From NCBI GenBank assembly GCA_040285855.1, contig JAUFOQ010000010.1:1798001-1862000 (forward strand): a stretch of DNA of 64,000 bases, in the 5' to 3' direction. The stretch's first letter is position 1. Each line of letters opens with the position of its first letter. The stretch is from Eukaryota sp. GEM-RC1. Lineage: Eukaryota. This document shows positions 63,724 to 64,000 of this stretch, piece after piece. Below the pieces are notes generated by a model. It saw only the letters and a program-made list of their open reading frames with translations. It did no database searches and was not told where the DNA came from. The position numbers and the translations under genes are program-made.

Positions 63724-64000
63724 TCATCTTTTAATACCAAACTTATACCCAGCTTGAGAATATATAGACCGATTCAGGTTATTAGTAGCTCCAACATTTC
63801 CCTTACTTAAAACTGAGTGGAATCCATAAGGATCAAAGCCATTCATTGGAGCTGGAGGTAGTCCAGTGTGGTGTAAGGTGGTTTTAAATCGGTGAGCAAA
63901 TGTTTTTGATGGAACTCCTAGATTAGCCTCTTGTGAACTAACAGAAGGAAGTACCAATCGATGGTGATTGTGATTGGTTCTGGGTTGATTGATGACGTGA
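63724..64000 (-). CDS. C-terminal end of an unidentified gene running off the window
   Basis: Frame open from the window edge to TGA at 63724, followed by a T-rich 3' UTR-like sequence. Confidence 0.5.
   Translation of the reverse strand, partial: HVINQPRTNHNHHRLVLPSVSSQEANLGVPSKTFAHRFKTTLHHTGLPPAPMNGFDPYGFHSVLSKGNVGATNNLNRSIYSQAGYKFGIKR

Overview
AT-rich eukaryotic (protist-like) DNA. The first ~51 kb is mostly transposon remnants and pseudogenes: TA-targeting and hAT MITEs, restriction-like-endonuclease (RLE) non-LTR, Tc1/IS630, MULE and PIF1 fragments, and expanded BTB-SEL1, LRR-like and kinase families. The last ~13 kb holds intact-looking genes (NADAR, GNA1, diflavin reductase, SNAPC4-like Myb). 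The main finding is a Fanzor1 (eukaryotic TnpB-like RNA-guided nuclease) element seen as two complementary pieces. (i) At 1-2031 is a Fanzor1 ORF with all three RuvC acidic residues and an unusual C-terminal CCHC knuckle, followed by a strongly structured candidate omega-RNA ending in a 27-bp terminus. (ii) At 38171-40505 the same 27 bp appear inverted (26/27 identical), followed by a JAMM/MPN+ metalloprotease gene and an N-terminal Fanzor1-like fragment. Together these imply a TIR-[JAMM]-[Fanzor1]-omegaRNA/TIR element. A second oddity is a tightly packed orphan gene cluster with a methyltransferase motif (28139-32846), partly duplicated and inserted in a kinase pseudogene. Many frameshifts fall in homopolymers and may be assembly errors. 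All family calls come from motif recognition by eye; no searches or folding programs were run.
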